DNA of 64,000 bases. It comes from Spirochaetota bacterium (lineage in GTDB: Bacteria; Spirochaetota; UBA4802; JAFGDQ01). The position numbers were made by a program, and so were the translations under genes. The stretch is from NCBI GenBank assembly GCA_043803405.1, contig JAZDKB010000004.1, forward strand, positions 64,001 through 128,000, given 5' to 3'. Shown piece by piece: positions 29,662-39,805 of the stretch (its first letter is position 1; every line of letters begins with the position of its first letter). The notes under the pieces are model-generated. The model saw only the letters and a list, made by a program, of their open reading frames with translations, was not told where the DNA came from and made no database searches.

Positions 29662-30576
29662 TCATGATTTTATCGCCAGATATAAATTAAGTTTTAAATT
29701 GTTTTGAATTTCAAACTCGGTACTTTCTTTTAAAGAAAACTCAGTATTTATAAGCCAGTTCTCTATTTCATTTTTTTCGAATCCGAGCCACCTGTCGCCG
29801 TATTTTGTACGCATCGTTTCGTTGCTATGCTTCAATAAATCCACAATAACAAATGAACCTTTTTTTCTGAGAACCCTGGATATTTCGTTAATTGCTTCCG
29901 AAGGAGAAGATAAATGATGAAGAACCATATTCGCAACCGCAAAGTCCGCTTCATTATCGCTCAACGGCAAATGTTCCAGGTCGCCAAGCCTGAGGCTAAG
30001 CCTGTCCGCGTCCGCAAAAAGGATTCTTTTAGCCTGTTCAAGCATTTTTGCCGACCGGTCTACGCCTATTACATTTTCTGCATGCTGAAGCAGGGTGGGG
30101 ATCAGATCCCCTGTTCCGCAGCCGACATCAACAGCCAGTTTACAGCTTTTCATGTACTGGGCGATGATTTTATTAATGTCAAAATCGCCTGTAATATTTT
30201 GCTTTAGCTTGCTCCAGTTTCCGGCAACCTTATCAAAGAAACGCGTTGTTTCGCTGGATCTGCTCTCAACGATTTTCCGGCATTTTTCGATATCCGGTTT
30301 TAATTCATTTTCAGGTGTTAACAGATTTTTTATTGATTTAATAAAAGGAAGGCTGTTCCCGTTATTTGCCGCCGAATAAAATATCCATAAACCATCCCGC
30401 CTGTATTTAACCAGCCCGCTATCCAGCAGAATCTTCAAATGCCTGGATATCCTTGGCTGGCTCATATTAAAAACAGATACGATTTCATTAACATTAAGTT
30501 CATAATGAAATAAGATGTTAAATAGTCTTAAGCGGGTATTATCCGATAATGCTTTGAAATAATTATCTAATTCCAT
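29662..30576 (-). CDS. sahR: ArsR-HTH + SAM-methyltransferase-domain regulator (SahR type)
   Basis: KALSD.TRLR...SQPRISRHL HTH; DVGCGTG and NMVLHH MTase domain; directly upstream of ahcY; alternative TTG start at 30585. Confidence 0.8.
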   Translation of the reverse strand: MELDNYFKALSDNTRLRLFNILFHYELNVNEIVSVFNMSQPRISRHLKILLDSGLVKYRRDGLWIFYSAANNGNSLPFIKSIKNLLTPENELKPDIEKCRKIVESRSSETTRFFDKVAGNWSKLKQNITGDFDINKIIAQYMKSCKLAVDVGCGTGDLIPTLLQHAENVIGVDRSAKMLEQAKRILFADADRLSLRLGDLEHLPLSDNEADFAVANMVLHHLSSPSEAINEISRVLRKKGSFVIVDLLKHSNETMRTKYGDRWLGFEKNEIENWLINTEFSLKESTEFEIQNNLKLNLYLAIKS

Positions 30577-30744
30577 ATATAACAATATACTTATATAGTA
30601 ATATAATTTTTGTCAAGTATAAATAATATTTGTATTAATATTCCATATCTCCACATTTTCTGTCCGGTCAGGTTTTTTAATAAGAACGAGTTTGTATACC
30701 GATAATATTAATATACAGGATTACACTATTATACAGGAGTTAAT

Positions 30745-30885
30745 ATGAAAGAACATAAAATGAAATCGTATTTATATAAATGCAAATGCGGGTATACTCT
30801 AAATGTTTTTGTTGACTATGGGATTCCGCAGGAATTTGTAAAATGCAGAAAGTGCGTTACTGAAATCAAACGGGAAGAGAATTAA
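30745..30885 (+). CDS. 46-aa zinc-ribbon microprotein; not in ORF track
   Basis: RBS CAGGAG; MKEHKMKSYLYKCKCGYTLNVFVDYGIPQEFVKCRKCVTEIKREEN with CxCG...CxxC. Confidence 0.7.
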   Translation: MKEHKMKSYLYKCKCGYTLNVFVDYGIPQEFVKCRKCVTEIKREEN

Positions 30886-30905
30886 TAACTATAATAAATT
30901 GCATC

Positions 30906-30921
30906 CGTGACATTTATCACA
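30906..30921. promoter_or_regulatory. CRP/FNR-type box
   Basis: CGTGA-CATTTA-TCACA, 9/10 match to TGTGA-N6-TCACA. Confidence 0.4.
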
Positions 30922-31135
30922 TAATCTGTAATTAAAATTTGTCTTTCAGCACCAAATTGCTCAGTGAATATAATTTCAATATATATTTTTAACAATTACT
31001 GGTCATAGGACTATAAGCCTGAGCTGCCCCCGGTAGACAATACATTAAATTCTGCTTTCTTTTTAAACGGGTGATAAATTATAATGTGCTGTTGTTTATT
31101 ATAACAGAAAAAAATACAGTTACAGGAAGTATTTT

Positions 31136-32737
31136 ATGGAAATTGAATTTGTAGGCGGTGCAAGGACTGTTACGGGATCATCTTATATCCTTAAGGATAA
31201 AGATTTCCAGATTATGATCGATTGCGGGATGTTCCAGGGAAGAAGCCAGATAAGGGAAAGGAATTTAATCCAGCTTATATATGCCCCGGCACAAATAAAT
31301 ACTCTGCTATTGACCCACGCGCATATTGATCACAGCGGGCTTATTCCAAAACTTGTTAAAGAAGGGTTTACCGGTAAAATCTTTGCTACGCGTGCTACAT
31401 CTGACCTTTGCACTGTAATGCTTCCGGACAGCGCTCATATACAGGAAATGGAGATGGAATGGGTCAACAGAAAAAATAAAAGACTGGGACTGCCTATCCA
31501 GGATCCGATATACACGGTTGAAGACGCGGAGAACTCAGTAAAAAATTTTATTCCGGTTGAATACGGAAATAAAGTGAGAATTAATTCCCGCATTGAAGCA
31601 AGATACAGAGACGCCGGACATATTCTCGGATCATCCATGATTGAATTATGGGTTGATGGGGAAAATGGTAAAACCAAAATTGTATTTTCAGGTGACCTGG
31701 GGAAAAAGGATCAGGCTTTTATAAGAAATCCTGATATTATAGAAGATGCGGATATCCTTTTAATAGAATCGACTTATGGAAACAGGCTTCATAAGCAGAA
31801 AGAAGATACTCTTGAGGAGTTTAAAAATATTATTTTAAATTCATACAACAAAAAAGGTAATATTATTATACCTGCGTTCGCAATTGAAAGGACACAGGAA
31901 ATAATTATTGAGCTGTCAAAGCTTTTTAAAGAAAAGTTGATTCCTGAGATTCCTGTTTATGTCGATTCACCGCTCGCAATAAGAGCTACCGAAATATTCA
32001 GAAGAAACGTAGATTATTGTGATGAAGAAACAAAAAAAATTATTATGTCTGGTGGTAATCCCTTATACTTTCCGAATTTATTTTTTACCAGAACAGCGGA
32101 AGAGTCAAGGAAGCTTAACGACGAGGTGAGCGGCGCTATCATTATTTCCGCAAGCGGAATGTGCACAGCGGGAAGAATAAAATATCATCTTTTGCACAAT
32201 CTTTACAAAACCGAGTCCTGCGTAATATTTGTCGGTTTCCAGGCAGAGGGAACAATAGGCAGGCGACTTGTTGACGGCGCTAAACGCATTAAATTGTTCG
32301 GAGAAGACGTTATAGTAAACGCGAAGATACACACGCTTGGCGGTTTTTCCGCGCATGCGGACAGGGATGGCCTTCTTGAATGGATGGGCAATATTAAAAA
32401 TAAAAAGCTTAAAGTATTTATTGTTCACGGCGAAGAGGAAGCTGCACAAAGTTTTGCACAAACAGTAAGATCGAAGTTCGGATATGATACTTATGTCCCG
32501 AACTGGGGGGAGATTGTGGATCTCTCGACAATGCGGTCAAGGATCGCCTCATACGGAATAACCGAAACATACACTACAGTTGACCATGAGATTGAAGCTT
32601 TAACAGAAGCATTAAAATCCCTTAGTGAACAATATAAACATGCCCGTGATGAAAAAAGAATTAAAGATATGAAAAAATTACAGAGTGATTTAAATGATGC
32701 GCGGGAAATGCTGGCTCTGATTTCGTATGAATTATAA
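31136..32737 (+). CDS. MBL-fold beta-CASP ribonuclease
   Basis: GGARTVTGS, THAHIDHSG, AGHILGS, ESTYG, SGMC.AGRI, FSAHAD, VHGE. Confidence 0.92.
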   Translation: MEIEFVGGARTVTGSSYILKDKDFQIMIDCGMFQGRSQIRERNLIQLIYAPAQINTLLLTHAHIDHSGLIPKLVKEGFTGKIFATRATSDLCTVMLPDSAHIQEMEMEWVNRKNKRLGLPIQDPIYTVEDAENSVKNFIPVEYGNKVRINSRIEARYRDAGHILGSSMIELWVDGENGKTKIVFSGDLGKKDQAFIRNPDIIEDADILLIESTYGNRLHKQKEDTLEEFKNIILNSYNKKGNIIIPAFAIERTQEIIIELSKLFKEKLIPEIPVYVDSPLAIRATEIFRRNVDYCDEETKKIIMSGGNPLYFPNLFFTRTAEESRKLNDEVSGAIIISASGMCTAGRIKYHLLHNLYKTESCVIFVGFQAEGTIGRRLVDGAKRIKLFGEDVIVNAKIHTLGGFSAHADRDGLLEWMGNIKNKKLKVFIVHGEEEAAQSFAQTVRSKFGYDTYVPNWGEIVDLSTMRSRIASYGITETYTTVDHEIEALTEALKSLSEQYKHARDEKRIKDMKKLQSDLNDAREMLALISYEL

Positions 32738-32742
32738 AATTA

Positions 32743-33567
32743 ATGGAACAGCCTGATATAAAGGAAATAATAAATAATGTATTTATTTGCATGCCGTTTA
32801 TTAATTTAAATGAGCGGTATGCTCATTATTTCAGGCTTATAAAAAGGAACAGGTTAAATCTTGAAATAGGCATTGATTTCAGGGCGCTGGACAAATTCCC
32901 GGCTGAATATTTCAGGAAGCTGGCCGATGAGTTGCTTGGTCTCGGCATCAGCACAACAGTACACGCTCCGTTCCATGAGATTTTTTTAGGCGCGCCGGAC
33001 ACCCTTGTCCGGAAAGCCGCTTTAAAAAGAATGGATAATGCTTTTAAGGTTATAAAATATTTTTTGCCGAAATTAGTTGTTGTCCATCTGAACTATGAGG
33101 AAAAACGATACCGTTTTATTTACGACGAATGGTTAAATCAAATCATTCCCAACCTGAAGCGTTATGCGGAGAAATGCGGCAGAATAGGAGCGTTCCTTTC
33201 CGTAGAGAACGTTTATGAAGAAACGTCCGATGCCATGACAGATGTCTTTAATAATTTAAAAGGTTATCCTGTATATCATTGTCTTGATGTTGGGCATCTT
33301 AACTGTTTTTCGAAGATGGATCTGGAGAGCTGGCTTTTTAACCTGGGCCCGTATATCAGGCAATTTCATTTGCATGATAATAACGGCATTAATGATACTC
33401 ATTCTCCGATAGGAACAGGCAATATTGATTTTAATAAAATAAAAGCATTTATATCAAAAGCAAATCCAAAACCGGTAATAACGCTGGAGCCCCATTCCGA
33501 GGAAGACCTATGGAAGACGCTGGAAGGTTTCCATGAAAAAGGATTGCTTGAATCGCTTAAAAATTAG
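32743..33567 (+). CDS. Sugar-phosphate isomerase/epimerase / AP endonuclease 2 TIM-barrel protein
   Basis: HAPF, VENV.E, LDVGH, HLHDN.G..D.H, LEPH. Confidence 0.85.
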   Translation: MEQPDIKEIINNVFICMPFINLNERYAHYFRLIKRNRLNLEIGIDFRALDKFPAEYFRKLADELLGLGISTTVHAPFHEIFLGAPDTLVRKAALKRMDNAFKVIKYFLPKLVVVHLNYEEKRYRFIYDEWLNQIIPNLKRYAEKCGRIGAFLSVENVYEETSDAMTDVFNNLKGYPVYHCLDVGHLNCFSKMDLESWLFNLGPYIRQFHLHDNNGINDTHSPIGTGNIDFNKIKAFISKANPKPVITLEPHSEEDLWKTLEGFHEKGLLESLKN

Positions 33568-34006
33568 CCAGTATCTCTTCTTCTTTTGCGCGCATGATTT
33601 TTTCGTCTTCATCTGATCTTTCGTGGTCGTATCCGAGCAAATGCAGCACCCCGTGTATCAAAAGGCGCGTTATTTCATCCGCAAAGGCTGCTTCATATTT
33701 CTCCGCGTTCTCAGATGCTTTTTCCAGAGATATGTATATATCTCCCAGTTCTTCTAATCCGGATTTTACAGCCGGGAAAGGTATTTCTCTGTAAGAGAAT
33801 GAAATAACATCAGTAGGTTCGTTTTTCTTTCTGTAATCTTTGTTTATTTTTTTAATATATTTATTATCGCAAAGTATTATGGTTATAACCGCACTTTTAA
33901 GCTTAAGCTTTTTGCATATTGCGGCAACAGTTTTTTTTATTCTTTTTTCGGTTATGTCCAAATAGGGTAGGGAAATGTTTCCTTCCGTGAAAATATCAAT
34001 TTTCAT
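33557..34006 (-). CDS. ybeY: Endoribonuclease YbeY
   Basis: N.DYR....PTDVISF, LGDIYIS, HGVLHLLGYDH. Confidence 0.95.
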   Translation of the reverse strand: MKIDIFTEGNISLPYLDITEKRIKKTVAAICKKLKLKSAVITIILCDNKYIKKINKDYRKKNEPTDVISFSYREIPFPAVKSGLEELGDIYISLEKASENAEKYEAAFADEITRLLIHGVLHLLGYDHERSDEDEKIMRAKEEEILANF

Positions 34007-36263
34007 TTTCGTTGCTGTTTAATATTTTTTCTTCCAGTTGTTTTACATCTTCTTCTTTCGGATATTCAAGTCTTGTATGGAATAAACCATTTAAAACTCT
34101 TATTATTGATGTTTGAATCAATTTTAAATCGGATATATTCAGGTTTGAGTTTTCGAGTTCGCCTTCATTTAGTTTATTATAGATTATTTTTCTTACCAGT
34201 CCTTCAAGCTTTATACTTGTCGGTTCCTGGAGCGAACGCGATGCCGCTTCTACCGAATCGGCAATCATTACTACGGCCGTTTCGCGGCTTTGCGGCTTAG
34301 GCCCCTCATAACGGAAATCCTCTCTGTCAATATCAGTTTCTCCGGAGCTTTCGGCCATCTCCAGTGCCTGATGATAAAAATAAGTCATAGTAGAAGTGCC
34401 GTGGTGCTCTCTTATAAAATCGATTATTGAATCGGGAAGGCCGTTTTGTTTTGCTAGCTCAACTCCGCTTTCAACATGAGAAAGTATCAATTTTGTATAA
34501 TCTTCGGGCGACATATCCGTATTATCAACGGAATTCCCTTTATTCTCCACATAATATTTTGCATTATTGACTTTCCCGATGTCGTGATAATAGCCGCCTA
34601 CCCTGGCAAGGATTGGATCTGCTCCGATCGCTTCGCATGCAGCTTCAGCCATGTTGGCAACCATAAGCGAATGATTGTACGTGCCCGGGGCCCTGATCAG
34701 CATTCTTTTAAATATTTTTGCATTTAAGTCGGACAGCTCGAGTAACTTGAACCTGGTTGTTACGCCGAAAATATTTTCATATATCGGGAATATCCCCATC
34801 ACAAGAATTGAATTCATTATCCCGTGAGCAAATGAAAGCTGTATGTTTTTAAAAATATTATAAGCTGTGTATTCTTCCATAAGACCTATGGCAACAACGA
34901 TTATTGAATTAATTAATCCGATTGTAAATCCGCTGCGCAGGAATTCAGTTCTTTTATTGATATTACGGATTACAATTATACCGAGTATAGCTGAGCTGAA
35001 AGCGATAGTCATGCTCGCGAATGAAGCCTGGGTAATAATATAGCTGAAAAAAATGATGAATATTGTAACCAGTATTGTAATAAATTTATCGTTAGACAGC
35101 GCCGCAATAGTCATCGTTACAAACGGGATCGGTAAAAGGAGCGCAAGTATGAAGTTGCTGTTAAAAATGTTTTCGGATCTGGTTAGAGCGAAAGTATAAA
35201 CAATAAATAACAATACAAGCGAAAATGTTATAAGCGGAATCTTTCTATTCTGCTGATTTTTATTATCAGGCTCATCTGAAAAGAAAATCGATATTAGTAT
35301 AAGAATCAGCTGAAGCAAAAGTATCCCTATTGTATAGGTAATATTAGTGGAAGCTGAATTTTTATTTAAAATTTTAATATTATTCAATGATTCAGTTGTT
35401 ATGGTATCTCCTTCTCTCGCCAGCATTTGTCCTTTTTTAAGAATTCCCATGACAGGTTTGATCGTCTTTAATTTTTCATCTATGCGTCTTTTTGTCTCTT
35501 CGAGATTAAATTTTAAATTCGGTTTTAATTCAGTCTTTATAATATTATAAACAATATTTAAATGTTCTTTGGATTTAATTGCCGATATTGAATAACATAT
35601 CCCGTATAATTCTTCATTGATGTTATTAATCGTTTTTATATCCTGGAGCTTGCCGGATTTCTCATCAATATCTTCAGCTGTATTTATTGTCCTGATAGTG
35701 ATATTCTGATTGTCATTATTCAGCGGATTTTTTGCAGGTTGATCCAAAATTCCGTTGTCATAGATAAAGATCAATATTCTATTAACGGTTCTTTTTAATA
35801 TTTCAAAATTATCGGTTTTTAAAATGTTCCATAAAGTTCTATCGTCATAATTGAAAGTTTTCGGCAATGTATCTTTTAAAGCTATCAGCTGGAATGTTCT
35901 GTCTTCAATGCGATTTGGAGGATTCTCTTTCAATACCTTTGCAGCGTAGTAAAACAGACTATCTGTTTTATGCAGGTTTTCAATAAATACCGACTGGTCC
36001 CTGTCAAAAACAATCGGAAAATTTTCAATTATTCTTTTTCTGGCTATTTCAGTTTCAGTTTCATTTACATATTGTATTTCGCGCGAAGTTTTTATGTCTT
36101 CCCGTGCAATATCTCCTATACTGTAATCGTAAGTTGTGCTGATGGCGTTTATCGATAGCAGGATTGTTGAAATGATAATTACTGCCAGCATCAGATAAGT
36201 AATAAACCGGAAATCCGGTTCCAATTTAAATTTTATAAAATTTCTTTTAATTGCTCGGTTCAT
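33996..36263 (-). CDS. 7TM-HD phosphodiesterase (PgpH-like, HDIG)
   Basis: Extracellular domain, 7 TM, APGTYNHS, YYHDIGK, EHHGT, ADSVEAA. Confidence 0.9.
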   Translation of the reverse strand: MNRAIKRNFIKFKLEPDFRFITYLMLAVIIISTILLSINAISTTYDYSIGDIAREDIKTSREIQYVNETETEIARKRIIENFPIVFDRDQSVFIENLHKTDSLFYYAAKVLKENPPNRIEDRTFQLIALKDTLPKTFNYDDRTLWNILKTDNFEILKRTVNRILIFIYDNGILDQPAKNPLNNDNQNITIRTINTAEDIDEKSGKLQDIKTINNINEELYGICYSISAIKSKEHLNIVYNIIKTELKPNLKFNLEETKRRIDEKLKTIKPVMGILKKGQMLAREGDTITTESLNNIKILNKNSASTNITYTIGILLLQLILILISIFFSDEPDNKNQQNRKIPLITFSLVLLFIVYTFALTRSENIFNSNFILALLLPIPFVTMTIAALSNDKFITILVTIFIIFFSYIITQASFASMTIAFSSAILGIIVIRNINKRTEFLRSGFTIGLINSIIVVAIGLMEEYTAYNIFKNIQLSFAHGIMNSILVMGIFPIYENIFGVTTRFKLLELSDLNAKIFKRMLIRAPGTYNHSLMVANMAEAACEAIGADPILARVGGYYHDIGKVNNAKYYVENKGNSVDNTDMSPEDYTKLILSHVESGVELAKQNGLPDSIIDFIREHHGTSTMTYFYHQALEMAESSGETDIDREDFRYEGPKPQSRETAVVMIADSVEAASRSLQEPTSIKLEGLVRKIIYNKLNEGELENSNLNISDLKLIQTSIIRVLNGLFHTRLEYPKEEDVKQLEEKILNSNENEN

Positions 36264-36363
36264 TTTATATTTTAGTTAATAATTTCTTTTTTGCCTATTA
36301 ATCCGCAAGATTTCTTTAAAAATTGTTTCTCTTACGTTTTACTTAAAAATGAGAGAATGTCTT

Positions 36364-37335
36364 TTATCTCTTCTCAGTTTTGCTATGATTATCATACGCT
36401 TCAACTATTTTGTCAACAATAGGATGCCTGCAGATGTCTTCTCTTGTAAACTCGATAAAACCTATCTCTTCAATGCCCTGCAGAACTTTTTTTGCGTGAA
36501 GCAGGCCGGAGTCCCTGGGTTTATCGAGATCTATTTGAGTAACATCGCCGGAAACAACAATGCGAGAATTATTCCCAAGCCTGGTCAGGAACATTTTCAT
36601 CTGTGATTTAGTCGTGTTCTGTCCTTCGTCAAGAATAATAAAGGCATTGTTCAATGTGCGTCCTCTCATGTATGCAAGCGGAGCGATTTCAATGCTGCCT
36701 GCTTCTATCAGTTTAGGGATCTTTTCGTACGGGAGCAGATCAAAGAGCGCGTCGTAAAGCGGACGAAGATATGGATTGATTTTCTGGATAAGGTCGCCCG
36801 GCAAAAATCCTAGGCTTTCTCCTGCTTCGACAGCAGGCCTTGTCAGCACAATCCTTTCGACTTTTCTTGAAGTAAAAAAATGCAACGCAGCCGCAACCGC
36901 CAGGTAAGTCTTTCCCGTACCTGCAGGGCCTATCGCGAAGGTTAAAGCTTTTTTTTGAATAGTGGATAAATAGTTCGCCTGATTCATCGTTTTCGGAACA
37001 ATTGTCTTGTTCGATTCCGGAATCGTTATCTTTAGCTTTTTTATTTCGCTGGCATCGACATGTTTCCCGCCGGCTATTGTTTTTGCAAGGTATTTCAAAT
37101 CCAGATCATTAAATTCATAATCAGTATTATGGATATGAAGATAATCTCCCATCAGATGAATCAGCTTTAATGCTTTTTCCGTATTCTCTTTGCTGGAATC
37201 TATAATAAGTGTATTCCCGCGCGGAATTATTTTTACGTTTAATATGTTTTCAATTGTCCTGATGTTTTTATCTTTATAACCGCAGAGCCTTTTATAAAGC
37301 GATACATCCTCTATTTCTATTTGATTTTCAGTCAT
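36364..37335 (-). CDS. phoH: PhoH-family ATPase
   Basis: GPAGTGKTYLA, RPAVEAGE.LGFLPG, YMRGRT, DE.QN; ATG 37335 preferred. Confidence 0.93.
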   Translation of the reverse strand: MTENQIEIEDVSLYKRLCGYKDKNIRTIENILNVKIIPRGNTLIIDSSKENTEKALKLIHLMGDYLHIHNTDYEFNDLDLKYLAKTIAGGKHVDASEIKKLKITIPESNKTIVPKTMNQANYLSTIQKKALTFAIGPAGTGKTYLAVAAALHFFTSRKVERIVLTRPAVEAGESLGFLPGDLIQKINPYLRPLYDALFDLLPYEKIPKLIEAGSIEIAPLAYMRGRTLNNAFIILDEGQNTTKSQMKMFLTRLGNNSRIVVSGDVTQIDLDKPRDSGLLHAKKVLQGIEEIGFIEFTREDICRHPIVDKIVEAYDNHSKTEKR

Positions 37336-37342
37336 AGTCGTT

Positions 37343-39112
37343 TTAAACCGTTTTAATGGAAAGTTCCTCAAGCTGCTGAGGAGATACATAAGAGGGCGCT
37401 TCGCTCATCAGACATTGGCCTCGTGCTGTTTTCGGGAACGGTATAACGTCGCGAAGCGAATTCCGTTTTAATAAAATCATCAGTATCCTGTCAAGACCGA
37501 GCGCAAGCCCTCCATGCGGAGGAGCGCCGTATTTAAGAGCCTCAAGCAGAAAAGAAAATTTAACTTTAGCTTCTTCTTCTGATATCCCAAGTAAAGAAAA
37601 CATTTTATGTTGAAGCTCAGTATTGCTGATTCTAATAGATCCGCCCCCGATCTCCGTACCGTTCAGAACAATATCGTAAGCCTGAGCTTTAATGTTAGTT
37701 ACGCTGTCCGGGCTGATTGAATCCAGAAGCTTTATATGATCAAGCTTTGGAGATGTAAACGGATGATGCATTGAATAGTAACGTTTATCTTCAGTATTGT
37801 ATTCAAGAAGCGGAAAATCCGTAACCCAGATAAAATTTAAAATATTCTGGTCTATTATTTTAAAATCATTTGCAAGTTTTACTCTAAGGTTGCCCAGAGC
37901 ATCGCACACGGTTTTTTTAATGTCGCTTGCTAAAAAAATAATTTCACCGCCTTTTAACTGCAACGTGCTTTTTAATGCGTTCTTTTCATTTTCCGAAAGG
38001 AATTTAGCTATGCCGCCGTCGAATGCTCCGTTTTTAAAACGTACAAAAGGCAGCCCTTTGGCTTTGAATATTTTAACAAATTCCGTATATTCATCAATGT
38101 ATTTTCTGGATATTTTATCGCCTTCCGGGAAGTTTAAGGCTTTAATGATTCCGCCATCCTTAAGAGCCGAAGCAAATACCTTGAATTCGGAGTTCTGAAA
38201 AATATCCGACAGATCGGCAAGCTCCATTCCGAACCGTGTGTCCGGAGCATCCTTCCCGAATCTGTCCATTGCTTCATCGTAAGTGATACGCTTAAATGGT
38301 ATTTCAATATCTTTACCTGAAATTTCTTTAACTATTGTCTTTAATAAACCCTCGACAATTTTTATTATCATATCCATTGTAACAAACGAAAGTTCAATAT
38401 CGATTTGTGTAAATTCAGGTTGCCTGTCGTTTCTTAAATCTTCGTCCCTGAAGCATTTTGCAATCTGAAAATAACGGTCGAATCCGGATATCATAAGTAT
38501 TTGTTTAAAAAGCTGGGGGGATTGCGGAAGTGCATAAAACATATTTTTGTTAATTCTGCTTGGGACAAGAAAATCGCGTGCTCCTTCCGGCGTGGATTTG
38601 TTCAGAAGAGGAGTTTCTATTTCAAAGAACCTGTTAGCCGAGAGATATGCCCTTGTACATTGCATCAGCAAATGCCGTTTTATTATGGCGTCTTTCATCG
38701 TTTCTTTGCGCAAATCGAGGAACCTGTATTTAAGCCTTAAATCTTCGCTTACGTTTGCATCCGAATCCACCTGTATAGGAGGCACAGGCGAAGTGCTTAA
38801 GATATCTATTCTATCCGCAATAATTTCAATCTCTCCGGTCTTCATTTCCGGATTTATTGCTTCTTTTGACCGCGCTTTTACTTCACCCGAAACAAACAGG
38901 CAATATTCGCTTTTTGCTTCGTTTAATATTGCAGCCAATTCCGGGGACTTAGCCGGATCGACTGTTATCTGCACAAGCCCGGAGATATCCCTTAATTCTA
39001 AAAAAACAATTCCTCCCAGGTCTCTTTTTCTGTTAACCCATCCGGCAAGCCTGACATTTTTATTTACATCCGTTTTTGTCAATTCACCGCAATAATTTCT
39101 TTCTTCAAACAT
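37343..39112 (-). CDS. aspS: Aspartate-tRNA ligase
   Basis: RLKYRFLDLR, TPEGARDF, LPQSPQ, FRDED, RQPEFTQ, GAPPHGG. Confidence 0.97.
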   Translation of the reverse strand: MFEERNYCGELTKTDVNKNVRLAGWVNRKRDLGGIVFLELRDISGLVQITVDPAKSPELAAILNEAKSEYCLFVSGEVKARSKEAINPEMKTGEIEIIADRIDILSTSPVPPIQVDSDANVSEDLRLKYRFLDLRKETMKDAIIKRHLLMQCTRAYLSANRFFEIETPLLNKSTPEGARDFLVPSRINKNMFYALPQSPQLFKQILMISGFDRYFQIAKCFRDEDLRNDRQPEFTQIDIELSFVTMDMIIKIVEGLLKTIVKEISGKDIEIPFKRITYDEAMDRFGKDAPDTRFGMELADLSDIFQNSEFKVFASALKDGGIIKALNFPEGDKISRKYIDEYTEFVKIFKAKGLPFVRFKNGAFDGGIAKFLSENEKNALKSTLQLKGGEIIFLASDIKKTVCDALGNLRVKLANDFKIIDQNILNFIWVTDFPLLEYNTEDKRYYSMHHPFTSPKLDHIKLLDSISPDSVTNIKAQAYDIVLNGTEIGGGSIRISNTELQHKMFSLLGISEEEAKVKFSFLLEALKYGAPPHGGLALGLDRILMILLKRNSLRDVIPFPKTARGQCLMSEAPSYVSPQQLEELSIKTV

Positions 39113-39352
39113 ATATTGGCCTTTTTTTAATTAAGTAAAATAATTATTTGTACTATTTTACGGACAAACAGAAAGTAAAATAGTGTTATTAATTATTAAT
39201 TAAGTAGATATTATTAACTATTATTATTTATATCGATATACATTAAGAATTACGGCGTGTATAAGTCTACATTTTTTTCGGGAATAAGGTCATGTTTAAA
39301 TGAATGGATAATGAGGCTTTTTCTGCACTGAAAGCAAATATTGTTTAATCCT

Positions 39353-39426
39353 TAGCGGAGGAGGGACTCGAACCCCCCACACCACGGATATGAGCCGTGT
39401 GCTCTAACCTACTGAGCTACTCCGCC
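39353..39426 (-). tRNA. tRNA-Met(CAT), elongator type
   Basis: GGCGGAGTAGCTCAG...CACGG-CTCATAT-CCGTG...GGTTCGAGTCC...CCGCTA; CCA not encoded. Confidence 0.88.
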
Positions 39427-39432
39427 TTAATT

Positions 39433-39505
<73 letters not shown>

Positions 39506-39805
39506 ATCTAGGGTGAACTAAAGTGAAATGAACGATAAGTGTCAATCACTTTTATTGCAAACATGCAATTTTTATACCTTCCAAATATTATTAAAGAAAG
39601 GTTTATGCATTATGGCTATGCAATGTAGCCACTTTTCATGTTAAAAAGCTTTAATGACACATCTTTCAATTAATAATATATTATTAAATTGATTATTGCA
39701 ATGAAATTTGTTTAAATAATTATAAAATAACTTATCCTGTCAATTAATGCTTGATTAACAGAAAAAATAAATATTTAAAGAATAAAAATTTATTAATGAT
39801 AATCT

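Noticed and set aside
31020..31045. TGAGCTGCCCCCGGTAGACA resembling an IS3-family end
   Set aside because: No partner inverted repeat or transposase remnant was found; too short to support.
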